DNA from: Octopus sinensis
Taxonomy: Eukaryota
Reading direction: 5' to 3'
DNA length: 64,000 nt
Assembly (NCBI RefSeq): GCF_006345805.1
Contig: NC_043010.1
Coordinates: 60,512,001 to 60,576,000, forward strand
The first letter of the stretch is position 1; every line of letters starts with the position of its first letter. This document shows, in pieces, positions 50,733 through 64,000 of this stretch. A model generated the notes under the pieces. The model searched no databases. It was not told the origin of the DNA and saw only the letters and a list, made by a program, of their open reading frames with translations. A program made the translations under genes and the position numbers.

Positions 50733-51008
50733 CCATCACTTCCACCATTAACAACATCTGTAGTAGTCATTGTAATACAATTACATCAATGTGGATTACG
50801 TCTTTTAATATCAGAATCTCAGAAGAAACATTATACAAGAGATATTAAACTATATACATTGCTATGACATATTTTATACATAATTGATTAAAATAGTGAT
50901 AATGATGTATGTCAGTATAGTTTATATCTGTTTTGTCGTAATAATTCAGTAATTATATCTTAGTCTCTCTCTAACTTTAATGAACTCAAACCTATCACTA
51001 ATATCAGC

Positions 51009-51068
<60 letters not shown>

Positions 51069-53564
51069 GAAGAATTCACAAGGAAACAAAAGACGAAGAC
51101 AAGTGATGTAGACAACAAACAGATGTATTAGTTTAACGCTTGGGAAGTGAAAAAGTCTTTAATGTTTTGAGCCTACACTCTTCCACAGAAAGAAACTAGG
51201 AGAGAAAATAAAGAGAGAAAAAAAATATATATATATATATACACACATATACATATATAGATAGATATATCTAGACAAACATTGTTTGTCTGTCATATAT
51301 GACAGACAAACAGACAGATAGATACAGACATACATACATACTGTTAAATATCTTTTATGTCTTTGTATATCATAAACTCAAAATGTTTCATCATCATCAT
51401 CATTATTATTATTCAGATGGTGATAAATATAATGTAGTGTAGATTTGTTATTTAAGGTATTTTGTTTGCAATATAAACTGATGATACTGTCTTGTGTTGT
51501 TAAAATATATTAATCCTGACAACAATCGATGAATGTTGAGAATTGATCAGAAATATATCATTGTCTTTCTACAAACTAACATACATCACATCATTATAGT
51601 TGTTCTTCACTAAATATAATATAAAAGAAATATTTTTTTATGTATAAAATCTTTGTGTTGTAAGTAAATAAGGATTAAATAAATTTTATTACAATTAATT
51701 CAATTAGAAAGAGATCTACATATTTCATGAAGATAATTAATACATCTTTTTCCATCAACAAAATTCACTACTCTATGATCCCCATCTTTGTATCTAGTTA
51801 AAAATATCTTTGTAAAATATTTCCACATAAATTTATAAAGTATTCTGTCTTTGTTATTAATACCACTGTGTTAGGTCTTAATAATTAGTTTTATCAACAT
51901 ATTTTCAACATTTTATTACATTTGAAGTTTAATGTAAAATATTCCTTTAAAACATTGGTTAAACCATCATAATATCCTATATCCATGTGACATTTCCCAA
52001 ATGATTAGCTTTCTAAATTCTAGCTCCTGTTATTAGATTTTCCCCCACAGTATTACATAATAACTTCATTACAATTTATTTTTCATTAAGTTCTACTTTA
52101 ATCTCACAGAACTGTTTTCATTCTCTAATTGTTAATCCTAAATTACATCCACCAGACGATATAAGATGTAGTTATATTGTTACTAACTTCAGTCTGAACC
52201 TCAAATTTATTTAGTTTCTTTTTCATATGAAATAGTTACCAGACACTTAGGTAAACCTTCTCTGAATTACATAGATTAATGAAGTGGGTGTTGACATCCA
52301 GTTTCTCTACTGGATATGAACCACTGACCTCTCTGCTGGTTGTCCAGTACTTTACCACCTGATTCATACAGTCATTCAACACCAACCAGAGTCAAGTGTA
52401 ATTATTGACCATTGTGTAAACTCTTCTCACCACTTCAACCCAAGTGACTACACTCTGATTGTGTTTCTTCCATCTCCTTCCATCTGTGAACGCCTGAATT
52501 AGCTCCTATATTCACCAAACTCTTCAGTCTATTTGTGTCTCTGGTAGTCTACTCAGCTTATTGAAACATTCAAAGCTTTCTTCCTTTCCAAAGAATGTCA
52601 GGCTGTTAGAAACGACTAATTTGTCTGCAAAGTAAAATGTATCAATATATGTTTCACAGTATCAGTCAGATGTTAACACCACTGGTCACAATGCACTTCC
52701 ACTTCTTTCTCGATTGCATCCTTCTTCCCTTGTTGTCCCAAATTGTTCAACTAAATTATCTTCTTATCATTGTGAAGGCTTTCTGAATGCCTTTTTTCTC
52801 ATATCTTGGATATCACTCAGCAACTGCACAAGTCCACTGTGAACCTTGTGACACATCCACCCCAGTGGAACTTGTGTTGTCAGTGTTCAGCAAATACATA
52901 TTTTCCTCTGTTCCAGTCTCAGATCTCCCCATTTCAGATATGCTCTCCAAGCATGGATCTTTCCATGACTCTTTTTTGTCTCATAGCTAATTGAAATACT
53001 TGTCCCTCTCCATAGTACCTCATGTCTCATTTGCATATACATGTTCAGCTAGGTCAATGCTATTGAAGAGACAGGCTTGTAGAGGTTTGTCCAGTTTTGT
53101 TATCAAAGTAAATACCTTCCATCTTATCTTCATACTCCTTGAGATTTCAACATCCATGTCTGTGACACATTTCCATTTTATACACCAAGTAGATCTACTC
53201 CTTTAGCTCCTCAATTTTTTGCTTCCCACCTGTATTCAGTCTTGTCCTTCATTTTCAGACTGCATGGATTTTGTTTTTATTCAATTCACTTTAAGTTTGT
53301 TTTTTGTTTTTTTTTCATGTTTTCATGTTCATTTTTTACCCATGACAGAAAAACCTACATATGAGTTTATTTCAATATCTATAGACAATATAGTGAAATA
53401 AAGGGAGAATAGATTTTGAAAAATATGTACTATCTCTCCTTAAACAGATTATGCAAAAAATATCTTTTATTTATATACTTGTTTCCTTTATTGTTGATGT
53501 TATGAAGGGCATCTACTGTAAAAACCAAACCAGTTCTGACTAGAAACAGATACATCTCTCCAGC

Positions 53565-53635
53565 TTATCAGTTCCAGTCAAACGGTCTAACCCATACTAG
53601 CATGGAAATCAGATGCTAAATGATGATGATGATGA
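53565..53635 (+). mobile_element. RTE-family 3'-end fragment
   Basis: ctaacccatactagcatggaaa...(TGA)n, the reverse complement of the LINE tail. Confidence 0.65.
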
Positions 53636-54120
53636 AATTGTACTCAGTACTCCCTATAAATAAACCATAAGATGTTTAGAATGTAGATGTAGAAGCCATG
53701 CCAAGTGAAACATAGTCCACTGACCAGATGTATGAACTCGGTCACACCAACTGGTTTCATTATCTTCCTTAGAAAAGTACTTGGATGTCTTCTATCAATA
53801 TATTTTTTAATCCAGCATTGCACTTCTAGCAGTAGAAGTTCAATGTTCAGTTACTTTTGGACTTCACTTTTCTACGGCTTTTGTTTCCTATCATCCATTC
53901 AGCCACGTCGTCACAACAAAGACAGCTGTAACTGTTATCAGAAGAGAAAAGTTGACATATTTTAAATAGTTCTGATGATTCTGATGGTATATATTTGAGG
54001 ATAGAAATAATATTTACAAAATAGTTTTTGCTTTTATGCCTTATTTTGTTTTAATTCTACATAATATTTTTATCTTTTGTAGCAATTTCTCCTGCTAAAG
54101 TGTGATGAAGAATTCCAGAC

Positions 54121-56520
54121 ATGACAGCATATATTGGTCTACTGTGTCTTCTACATTTACTGATCACCCTTGTACTGTCCATAGATATTATATACCATGT
54201 CAATGAAGAAGGCAGTCCTCACACCTATATTGGAGACATTGCTGTTGACTCCAACTTATCACACCCTCTCACACATCAACAACACACTCTCATTACATTT
54301 ACACAACTACAAAGGACAGTCGAGAGTGGTTCTCACTTATTTAATGTCACCAACTCAGGAAAACTATACACTACTCAAACACTGGATGCTGAGTCTCTGT
54401 GTACATACAACAAGGAATGTTCCAGAATAGTTAAAGTAGCAGTGAGGAAAGAAGAAACATTTATGAAAATATTAAAAATAAGAATATTAATAGATGACAT
54501 TAATGACCATTCTCCAGAATTTCTAAAGAATGAAGTTCAAATTGAATTTTCTGAGCGGGAGAGTAAAGGTACTAAAATTCCTCTTCCAAATGCCATTGAT
54601 AAAGATATTTCAATAAAGAATTCTCAAATAACATATATGATCAAGAAAAATAAAAGAGAACCATTTTCTATCTCAATCAAAAAAAGACATGATGGTGTCT
54701 CCATACCTGAATTAATATTGGAAGATAAATTAGACAGAGAACTCAAAGACAAATATATATTGACTTTGGAAGCTAAAGATGGAGGCTACCCTCCCAAAAC
54801 AGCTACACTCAAGGTACACATATCTGTGACAGATGTCAATGATAATACACCTGCATTTTCACAGAAACTCTACAACATCTCTATAAGTAATTCACATCAA
54901 AGACATTTACCAATTCTTACTTTAAAAGCCACAGATCAAGATTCAGGAGACAATGGAAAGATTTCTTACCATTTCAACCATAAAACATCTCAAAATGTCC
55001 TGACATATTTTGTATTAAATGAGAAGTCTGGAGATCTATTTTTACATGATAATTTTCATTTTAGTAAAAAGCAGTCTTATAAATTATTTATTGAAGCACG
55101 AGATGGAGGAAATCCACCCTTAAGTTCTGTAACTAAAGTCCAGATTTACATTATTAATAACCAGAATAATGCTCCATTGATTAATATAGATTTTGTATCT
55201 CCTTTATCAGAGAGTTCAGCAGCTGTTTCAGAAGCAAGTAAAATTGGTAGTTTTATAGCTTATGTTATGGTCACTGACACTGATAGTGGACCTAATGGTG
55301 AGGTTATCTGTGATTTAAAACATGATAAATTTAAACTTGCCAAAATAGATTCTAAAGAATATAAAATGATTGTTAAGGGCCATCTTGACAGAGAAATAAG
55401 GGACCACTATAAAGTATCTATTGTGTGTCATGACATGGGGTCACCTCAACTAGAAAGTAAAAAATATTTCTCTGTCAAAGTAACTGATGTCAATGATGTA
55501 GAACCACATTTTACCAAAGAGACATTCCAATTCCTCACCTATGAAAACCAGAAAGTTGACTTCCCTATTGGCTTCATCAACGCTACAGACCCTGATCTTG
55601 GAGATGGAGGCCAACTTACATATTCTATCATCAATGATAACAACAATGATAACATTCCTTTCCAACTGACAAAATATGGATTCATTTCTACATCACAATC
55701 AATAGATCGAGAAATGAAAGACATCTATAAGTTCAAGGTTTTAGTGAAAGATAATGGAACACCTTCTCTCAATGACACTGCCAATATTGTTATTGAGATT
55801 CTAGATAAAAATGATAATGCTCCGTATTTTACATTTCCTAATAATGACCCTTACAATCTAGATGTCCACTACCATCCACACAGTAAGAAGGACATCACAA
55901 TTCTGAGAGCATCTGACAAAGACACTGGAAACAATGCTTTCCTCACATATGGAATACTGAGATCCAATGATAAAAACCTGTTTACAGTGAACTCACACAC
56001 TGGTGTGTTATCTTTCTCTCGCACAGTTTACCAAAATGATGCAGGAACATATGAGCTGCAGTTTATAGTGAAAGACGGTGGTACTCCAGTTCAATCAGCA
56101 ACAACTGCTATCATACTAACACTGTTTGTTAGTAATGATACATCTCCAATGTTGACTGCTGTGCCATTCCAGTCTGGTCACGACCTGAATATGACTTGGG
56201 TAATTATCATTGTAGCAGCAGCTGTAATACTATCTGTGGCTATTGTAGTGTCCATAACACTGTGTGTTTTCAGATGTATTAATCACACAAATAACTCACC
56301 CACAACAGCAGAGAATCCCAACTTTCTCTCTCAGACTGAGATGAGACAATTACTGTATCAGACTAACAATCCTGTTGCAATAACGAGAAATGCAGAAGAG
56401 ATATTTAACCGAAATCTTCAGACAATAAAATCTAAAAGTCAGTTTTTCCTGGAGATGGAACAGACACCGGATGAGTGGAAATTCTCCACAACACAAAGGA
56501 GACTTCCACCTGTGCCTCAG
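54121..56520 (+). CDS. Pcdh: Protocadherin U7 large exon (800 aa)
   Basis: Six cadherin repeats plus TM; acceptor 54082/54083; donor 56520/56521. Confidence 0.97.
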
Positions 56521-56838
56521 GTAAATATTATTTTGGGTAATAGATGTTTTTGTTTTATTTCTTATTATAAAAATATTCTATCCATTATTGACATATGTAC
56601 AATTATTGCTACAGAAAACTCAACTTCAGTCCCTCTTGTGTACAAATTTTTTTATGTCTTTAGTTAATATTTTTTGTATAGCTTTTGCTGTTTGAATTGA
56701 TTATTTTGTATAATGTTACAGATATCAAAACAGTTACAGTATTCATTATAGAAATGCAATACACTTTATATACAAACAAATAATTAGGAGTGATCTAAAC
56801 TTGTATTGATATAAGATTCCTCTTTCTATAATCCACAG

Positions 56839-57229
56839 AGATGTGATTCAATCCATAGTCAAGAACGTCGCACCAGTTCCATCATGTCTTACAACAGTGA
56901 CACCTTAACATCCCAAAAGGACAGAGAAGCTAGCAAGAGTAATGGCAAGACTAAACCATATGATGAGATACCTGCAGAACCAGGTAACTTTTATCAAAAC
57001 ATAACATATAAATGTAATTGCCTTTATTACTGTAGGACAATATATAATGTTATGCTTAGTGTAATACAAGATCAATGTTTCTATCTTTATATATTGGAGT
57101 TGTTATATTGAAATGTAATTTGTGTGTTTGTATATTTGATATTTTGCAGAATATACCAATGACAATCCAGTTGCAGCCACAATACTAAAGGGACAACAAA
57201 TACAAGATACCTATCTACAGCCAACATAG
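56839..57229 (+). CDS. Pcdh: U7 cytoplasmic exons 2 (56839-56983) and 3 (57150-57229)
   Basis: Conserved splice sites and phases. Confidence 0.85.
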
Positions 57230-57868
57230 TAGATGTTCCATGACTATTGTTAAATGATTCTCTCACACACCAAATCTTATACAATACTTTATATACAGAT
57301 AAAAATATCAACTCTGTGTTTCTTTCATCCATCACATATAAAGGGCCTTACAGTGGCATCTATTATGACCCCTAATTTACATCTCTGACGCATGAAATAT
57401 AATAAACACCCTACTCTACATTACCATAGTTAATATTATTAAACATTTATTTTACTGTCAGTTTTAGTATAGACATTTCACTAAACTTAGATAAATTAAC
57501 CTGACTTAACCTAAAATTTTAAGTTATAGTATCTTTTAGTTTGATACTAATTCTACTGTTAGTGTCATACTAAATTTGGCCATTATTTTATTTTTATTTT
57601 GGATATTCCTCTTTTGGTTTTTCCTCTTTTTCTTTTATATTCAATTTATATTAAATTTTACTATAAACTAATCAACATCAGTCCACACAAATAACTGTTG
57701 GTTCCCACACCTAGCAATATAGTCTTGGTCATAAGCTAAAACTAACTCAGTTTTGAAGTTTGCTTTGACTTTGAAATTCAAAAGTTTCATATTTTATGAA
57801 GTATAAAGTATAAAATATCAGAAAATCATGTGTTTTTTAAATTTTTAACTCAGAAATATATTTGTTTC

Positions 57869-58375
57869 TCCTAATTTACTTTGTATACAGTTTCTCTAAT
57901 CATGAAAACTCCTTAAATAATGAAATCTTCTAAAATCATTTTGTTTCTGATAGGAATCCTGGATATGTATTCTTATAGTGAAATTAATAATAACCTTTCA
58001 AATATGAAAAAATATTATGAATCTTATATTTGATTACAAAACTCTTATTTCCTAACATTAGATATGTAAACTTAGTGTTTTTATTAAATAGAAAAAGTGA
58101 AGTTGCTTCTGTTTAACATGAATCCTAATTTACTTCGTTTATAGTTTCTCTAATCATGAAAACTTCTTAAATAATGAAATTTTTGTTGACTTACTCTAAA
58201 ATTAATTTGTTTCTGATAGAAATCCTGAGTATGTATTCTTATAGTGAAGTTAATATCAAGAAATATTATTATAAATCTTATATTTTAATACAAATCTCTT
58301 ATTTCCTAACATTAGATATGTAAACTTAGTGTTTTTATTAAATAGAAAAAGTGAAGTTGCTTCTGTTTAACATGA
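57869..58375. repeat. ~250-bp local tandem duplication in U7 intron 3
   Basis: cctaatttact...ctctaatcatgaaaact...gaagttgcttctgtttaacatga occurs twice in succession. Confidence 0.85.
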
Positions 58376-58618
58376 CTTCTCTTATTTGATGTGTTTGTGT
58401 GACACAGACAACATTGCAGTAATTTCCTATTGGATGAGAGAGATTTTCTATATTTCTTTCAATATTGAAAGTGAGGCTGATAGCTTTTTTCTTTGTTCAT
58501 CATACACACAATTGTGTGTGTGTGTGTGGAGGACATAGAGTTGTAACTAGCACACACCAGCATCTGGCTAACATCTCACCTCCCACTACATACAGCAACT
58601 GTCACACTATTATATCAG

Positions 58619-58944
58619 CAGTTACACAGGAACAGCAGCAGCAGTAACGCAGGAACACTACTACAACAGCAGCAGTACCACTATAATACCACTACAGCAG
58701 CAGCAGCAGCAGTTGGAGTGGAACACTACAGCAGGATACACATCATCCATCACACACAACTACAGTGAAGGATTAAACAATGCAGGTAAGTCTCTCTCTC
58801 TTTCTCTTTATTATCTTTTCATATTCATTATAACATTTATATTATTTGTGTTTCTAATGAAAGACAGGGTAAGGATAATATCTAAAATGTCTGCCATGTT
58901 GTATATATACAGGGACTGGGACAGTGGAGGATCGAGAGATCTAG
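58619..58944 (+). CDS. U7 putative exons 4 (58619-58785) and 5 (58913-58944)
   Basis: Conserved donor and acceptor; coding status inferred. Confidence 0.45.
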
Positions 58945-59300
58945 CCATCACTTCCACCATTAACAACACAACTGCAGTAGTCATTGTAATACAATTACTT
59001 CAATCTGGATTACTTCTTTTAATGTTGGAATCACTCAAGGCAACATTAAACAAGAGATATTAGACTATATACATATATATTGCTATGATATATTTTATAT
59101 ATAATATTGGTTTAATATAGTCCAAACTAGGTGTATATATATTTATTTAACCGTTAGAAAACATTGATTGAAAGCCAGTAAGACTGGGTGTTAATAATGC
59201 CTGTTATTATAGTTTATATTTTTTTTGTCATAATAATTCACTTAAATCTTAATCTTTGTCTAGTTTGAATAATCTCTTACAGATCACTAATATCCTTTTA

Positions 59301-59407
<107 letters not shown>

Positions 59408-62075
59408 GTAGATAGATAAAGAGATAGATAGATAAATACCTGCCCTGTTAAATATCTATGATACATTTCTTTGTATGCAATTAAAGAAAAGTGTATTTTG
59501 TTATTATTATTATTGTTATTTTTAAGATGTTGATTTATTTAGAATAGTAGAATAGTTATTTAAGATATTTGTTGTGAGATATAAACTGACAATATTGTCC
59601 TGTGTTGTTAAAATATATTAACTCTGACAACAATCAATGAGCTTTGTAAATTTTTTGAGAATTGATCAGAAATGATATCCTCTTTCTACAAAGTAATAGA
59701 CATCACAATTATATTATGCGTAGCAGTATGATATAAAGCCTACAAAATATATCTAAATGGGGTTAAATTATTATTATTATTATTACGCTTAGTAAATAGA
59801 TCTCAATATTTCTTGGTGATAATTATAGATAAATTTTTATAAACAATCTCTGCTGAAATATTTTACAGTCCCTATTTTTGTACCTTTAAGATATATTGTG
59901 AAATATTCAACATTATTTTATAAATTATTCTGTGTTATTTATGTCAAATTTTAATAATCCTTTTTTTTTTCTTTTCAACAAATTAAATATTCCTTAAAGA
60001 TATTGGATGAATAAGTTTTCTAAATATCCTCTATCAAGTTTAACAACATCCTCTGATCCATTTGTACAAAATTTTATACCAATAATATTCTATTAATTGT
60101 TTTCAGTATTCTCTAAATGTATTTGTAACACTTTTTAGGATTAGAAGAAATATTTTTCTTGGCCTAAAATGAAGCAGCTGACAGTGAGAGAAGTCAACTA
60201 GAGCTTGTCATGTTATATTTGTTGAAAAATGTATATTTGTATATATATATATAGCAATTAAAAAATATATAGTTTTTGTTAAGTTGGCTGATAATTCACT
60301 GAGATTTTCTGGCCTCTCCCATTAATGATAAGAGACTTTTTGTAATTCTCATTGATACATTTTACATCTGGTTATCAAAGTTTTCATGGTTGTTTTCCCT
60401 CTCATTTCACTCTGCTGTAGAGATTGTTCTTGACTTTATGAGTTAATTATCCTTTATTAATCAAGAACTTGTAAAGTAGTCTGTGAGATTTTGTTTACTT
60501 GTACTTTCACATGCTAGTAAGAGAATGGCACATTGAACTGAAGCAAATATTAGAGTCCTAAGAAGAGGAGTTTCATGGTGCCAATACTCTCTTATGGGAT
60601 TGATTCTGGTTTAGTTTCAGCTGACAGACCTATTCCTTTGCTCTCACAATATTTTCTGAGTAGCACGTTTTGTCACCAGGGTGTTTCTTTCTCCACTTCA
60701 ATTTTCAATTTATTTAGAACCATTTTGTATACAACATTCAGTGCATCAAACCTTTATTTATTGCTCTTTGATGCCATTGTCACATTGGAATTATTTCCCT
60801 GATCTCCTTGTCTTTTAATTATGAAAATAATAATGGTGAAAAGTTATTCATAAGTCGTTTCCTCTATATGCAATGACTTTGTCAAATGATGAGAATGCTC
60901 TTTTAGACTATGCTATGCTGATGATGCCTAAGAGACTGAAACATGGAAACAGTTAATGCAAACATTATACATTCCTTGCCGTGAGCATGTAAATGAACAT
61001 TGAGAGATGATTTCCAAATTTCTTGAAATGATCTCACTTGTTACTGTTATTAACATTTCCCACTTGGTTTTTGTTCATGTTTTCCAGTTAAGCAGGAAAT
61101 TGTATGGAATTTTATGTATATTTTAGTCAGTACATCCACTCTTAATTTAATAATAAAATAATATTTCAACTGTAAACTGAAGCAATCATAAGTAATATCT
61201 ATTATCATTATATTGTCCTTGTGAATTACATCCACCAAATGCTACCTCTTTTAATGGTGTCCTGAGATTTGTTTGCTACAGAGGTAGTTTTTGACTTAAC
61301 TATTTAATTTATTCTTAATTAATGTTCATTAATAGAGAACACAGCAGACCTTTGAGTGAAGCCCTTTTCTATCAACCATCACAAGATATTTTATAGCCAA
61401 AATCATATCTATTACCCTTATCTTGTTTCCTTCTCGTAGCTTATGTCCATCTAGGTTTGATGTCTGCTGCCCCTTTCAGTGGTGTCCTGAGAGACTCTTG
61501 CTACAGATGTATTTCTTGACTTATTGATTTATTTCATTCCTAATTAATGTTCGTTAAAGAGAGCTTGTAAATTAAAGGAAATCAGTCTAAGATATTCACT
61601 TCCTGATCACAGAAGGTTTTGTTGAATTGAAGCAAATAGGATTGTGCTGGGTCTGGGAGACTGGATGTTACAGGCAGTCACTTATGTTATATGGCATTTG
61701 ATTCATCTGACAGATATATATATATATATATATTATTTATCAACAGAGACATGGTTATTGCATTAGTTGATGTTTGATGGAGAAAATTCTTGTGAGGATG
61801 TGAGCATTAGAAATGCAAAATGTAAGAGCTACTTATATATGCATATATGTATGTACATATAGTCAGAAGATTGATGGAGGTGAAAGTGTTGGGAAGATGA
61901 CTTTTGGGAGGGATGTGTTTTAAGAAGGTAAATTGTATGAGAGGAGAGATTTGTCAGGGACAGATTGGGTGCAGAGCATAGACATAGGAGATATGCTTTT
62001 AGAAATTCATTTTTGATTAAATGTTCTCAAGTACAGTGCATTTGTTCTTGTGTTCAAACTAGCCGTATGTATATA

Positions 62076-62705
62076 CAGGCATGGCTGTGTGGTAAGAAGC
62101 TTGCTTTCCAACCACATGATTCTGGGTTCAGTTCCTCTGTATGGCACCTTATGCAAGTGTCTTCTACTATGGCCTTAGGACATAGTATATATATATTGAG
62201 ACCCCCTTCGGTCATGAATGACCGTGGGATTGCACCTAGAAAGTTACCCTCCCAGGCACAAGTCCGGGCAAAGTTTTTCATGGAAGACCAGCAGTCGCCC
62301 ATGCATACTGGCCTCCCCTCTCCACACCACCAGTGTTATCCAAGGGAAAGGCAAAGGCCGATACAGCTTGGCACCAGTGATGTCACAACTCATTTCTACA
62401 GTTGAGTGAACTGGAGCAACGTGAAATAAAGTGTCTTTCTCAAGAACACAACACGCAGCCCGGTCCGGGCTTCAAACTCACAACTTCACGATCGTAAGCT
62501 CAACGCTCTAACCACTGAGCCATGCGCCTTCTGTATATATATATATATATACATACATATATATGTGTGTGTGTGTGTGTTCCCCTGCCATCATTTGACA
62601 ACCGATGTTGATGTGTTTACATCCCTGTAACTTGGCAGTTCATCAAAAGAGAATGATAGAATAAATACTGGGCTTACAAAGAATCAGTTCTGAAACAAAT
62701 AAGAG
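62076..62705 (+). mobile_element. tRNA-derived SINE (second family) split by a nested minus-strand SINE
   Basis: Head GGCATGGCTGTGTGGTAAGAAGCTTGC...GGGTTCAGTTCC at 62076-62180; body resumes after the TA/TG repeat at about 62575-62705. Confidence 0.75.
62198..62529 (-). mobile_element. tRNA-derived SINE (third family), minus strand
   Basis: Minus 5' end AGGCGCATGGCTCAGTGGTTAGAGCG...GAGTTTGAAGCCC (A- and B-box-like), then a non-tRNA body. Confidence 0.85.
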
Positions 62706-63012
62706 AATATATCTGCATACATAGAAATACACGAGAGAGAACAAATGAAAGAATGAGCACTCAACACATTTAGTTACATGTCGATGTGGTGTGTGTGTGT
62801 GTGTGTGGCTTGTCCATAAGTTACTTGGTGGCATAGCTGGAGCAAGTGCAACATGAAAGGCAACCGGTACTCAATGTATAGTGTTTGGAAACAAGAAGGG
62901 TATCCAGCCATGGAAACAATGCTAAGCAATTTGAGTTTAATTCCAAGATATTTAGTATCTCACTTTGGTATTCATCTTTTCTATATTAGTTTACAATACA
63001 TCAGTATACCTG

Positions 63013-63210
63013 AAGGTGGCAAGCTAGCAGATTCATTAGTAACCTGGACAGAATACTGTCAATACATTCTGTGTTGAAATACTGCCAAGGTCAGCTCTGC
63101 CATACATCCTTTCAGTAAAATATGCACCAGTTGAAAACTGGGACCAATGTAATAAACTTAACCCCACCCAGGAAATTGCTGGCCTTCTGCCAAAATTTGG
63201 AACCGTTATT
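63013..63210 (+). mobile_element. Decayed tRNA-derived SINE
   Basis: aaggtggcaagctagcaga head; caccagttgaaaactgggaccaatgtaa body; ggccttctgcc near the end. Confidence 0.65.
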
Positions 63211-63586
63211 TCAGTTTATATATATTTTTTAAGAAATATGTGAATCTGTTCAGGAGTTATCGTCATTAAACCTGAAATTTTTAATTGCTAACTCTGAAAA
63301 TAGACTGAATTTTCACGGAAAAGCACAATGAAAAACAACGTAAACATGACGTTTACTATTTCAGATTAAGATGGAACGTTTATTCGAGGGAGATAACTCT
63401 CGTTATGTATGGTCTTAAGGATTGTCAGATCTCAGAAGACTATACAAATTGCAGCTAATGGAATAGAAGTTTCACAATGATTATTATAAATAGAATGAAG
63501 TTGGTTAAATTATACATAAACTTTAAATGTGTTTCTGGTGTTTTGTAGAAATTTCTCCTGCTGAAATGTGATGAAGAATTCCAGAC

Positions 63587-64000
63587 ATGACAGCATATAT
63601 TGGTCTACTGTGTCTTCTACATTTACTGATCACCCTTGTACTGTCCATAGATATTACATACCATGTCAAGGAAGAAGACAGACCTCACACCTATATTGGA
63701 GACATTGCTGTTGACTCCAACTTATCACACCCTCTCACACATCAACAACACACTCTCATTACATTTACACAACTACAAAGGACAGTCGAGAGTGGTTCTC
63801 ACTTATTTAATGTCACCAACTCAGGAAAACTATACACTACTCAAACACTGGACGCTGAGTCTCTGTGTACCTACAACAAGGAATGTTCCAGAATAGTTAA
63901 AGTAGCTGTGAGAAAAGGACAAACCTTTATGAAAATCCTTAAAATAAAAATATTGATACAGGACATCAATGACCATTCTCCAGAATTTCCACAGAATGAA
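63587..64000 (+). CDS. Pcdh: Protocadherin U8, start of large exon (signal peptide and EC1); continues beyond the window
   Basis: MTAYIGLLCLLHLLITLVLSIDITYHVKEEDRP...RKGQTFMKILKIKILIQDINDHSPEFPQNE; acceptor at 63548/63549. Confidence 0.95.
   Translation, partial: MTAYIGLLCLLHLLITLVLSIDITYHVKEEDRPHTYIGDIAVDSNLSHPLTHQQHTLITFTQLQRTVESGSHLFNVTNSGKLYTTQTLDAESLCTYNKECSRIVKVAVRKGQTFMKILKIKILIQDINDHSPEFPQNE

Noticed and set aside
62440-62529. tRNA gene (also the heads at 32790, 39765 and 62076)
   Set aside because: A/B boxes are present but the cloverleaf is degenerate and runs into repeat bodies, some with TSD or tail; these are SINE heads.

Overview
AT-rich metazoan genomic DNA, almost certainly from an octopod cephalopod (inferred from the protocadherin array and the SINE/RTE repeat types). 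The window is part of a head-to-tail cluster of + strand protocadherin genes: 7 whole copies (my labels U1-U7) and 2 partial copies (U0 at the left edge, U8 at the right edge), spaced 6.1-11.1 kb ATG to ATG. Each copy has a ~2.4-kb exon encoding signal peptide, six cadherin repeats, TM and juxtamembrane tail. Two small cytoplasmic exons (145 nt; 80 nt to the stop) and two further putative exons follow. EC1 and EC4-to-tail are nearly identical between copies, even at synonymous sites, while EC2-EC3 are hypervariable and mosaic. This parallels the vertebrate clustered-protocadherin identity code, but every gene carries its own copy of the 'constant' exons. Other highlights: charge-swap covariation between EC1 and EC4, a Ca2+-ligand-free EC3-EC4 junction, a stop codon overlapping a possible splice donor, a frameshift in U4, and three families of 5' flank. 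The spacers hold decayed or nested mobile elements (RTE, CR1-like, R4/Dong-like, mariner, Penelope-like ends with hammerhead-type motifs, tRNA-derived SINEs, a foldback element) and microsatellites. All exon models come from splice signals, phase and cross-copy comparison only; no transcript data were available.
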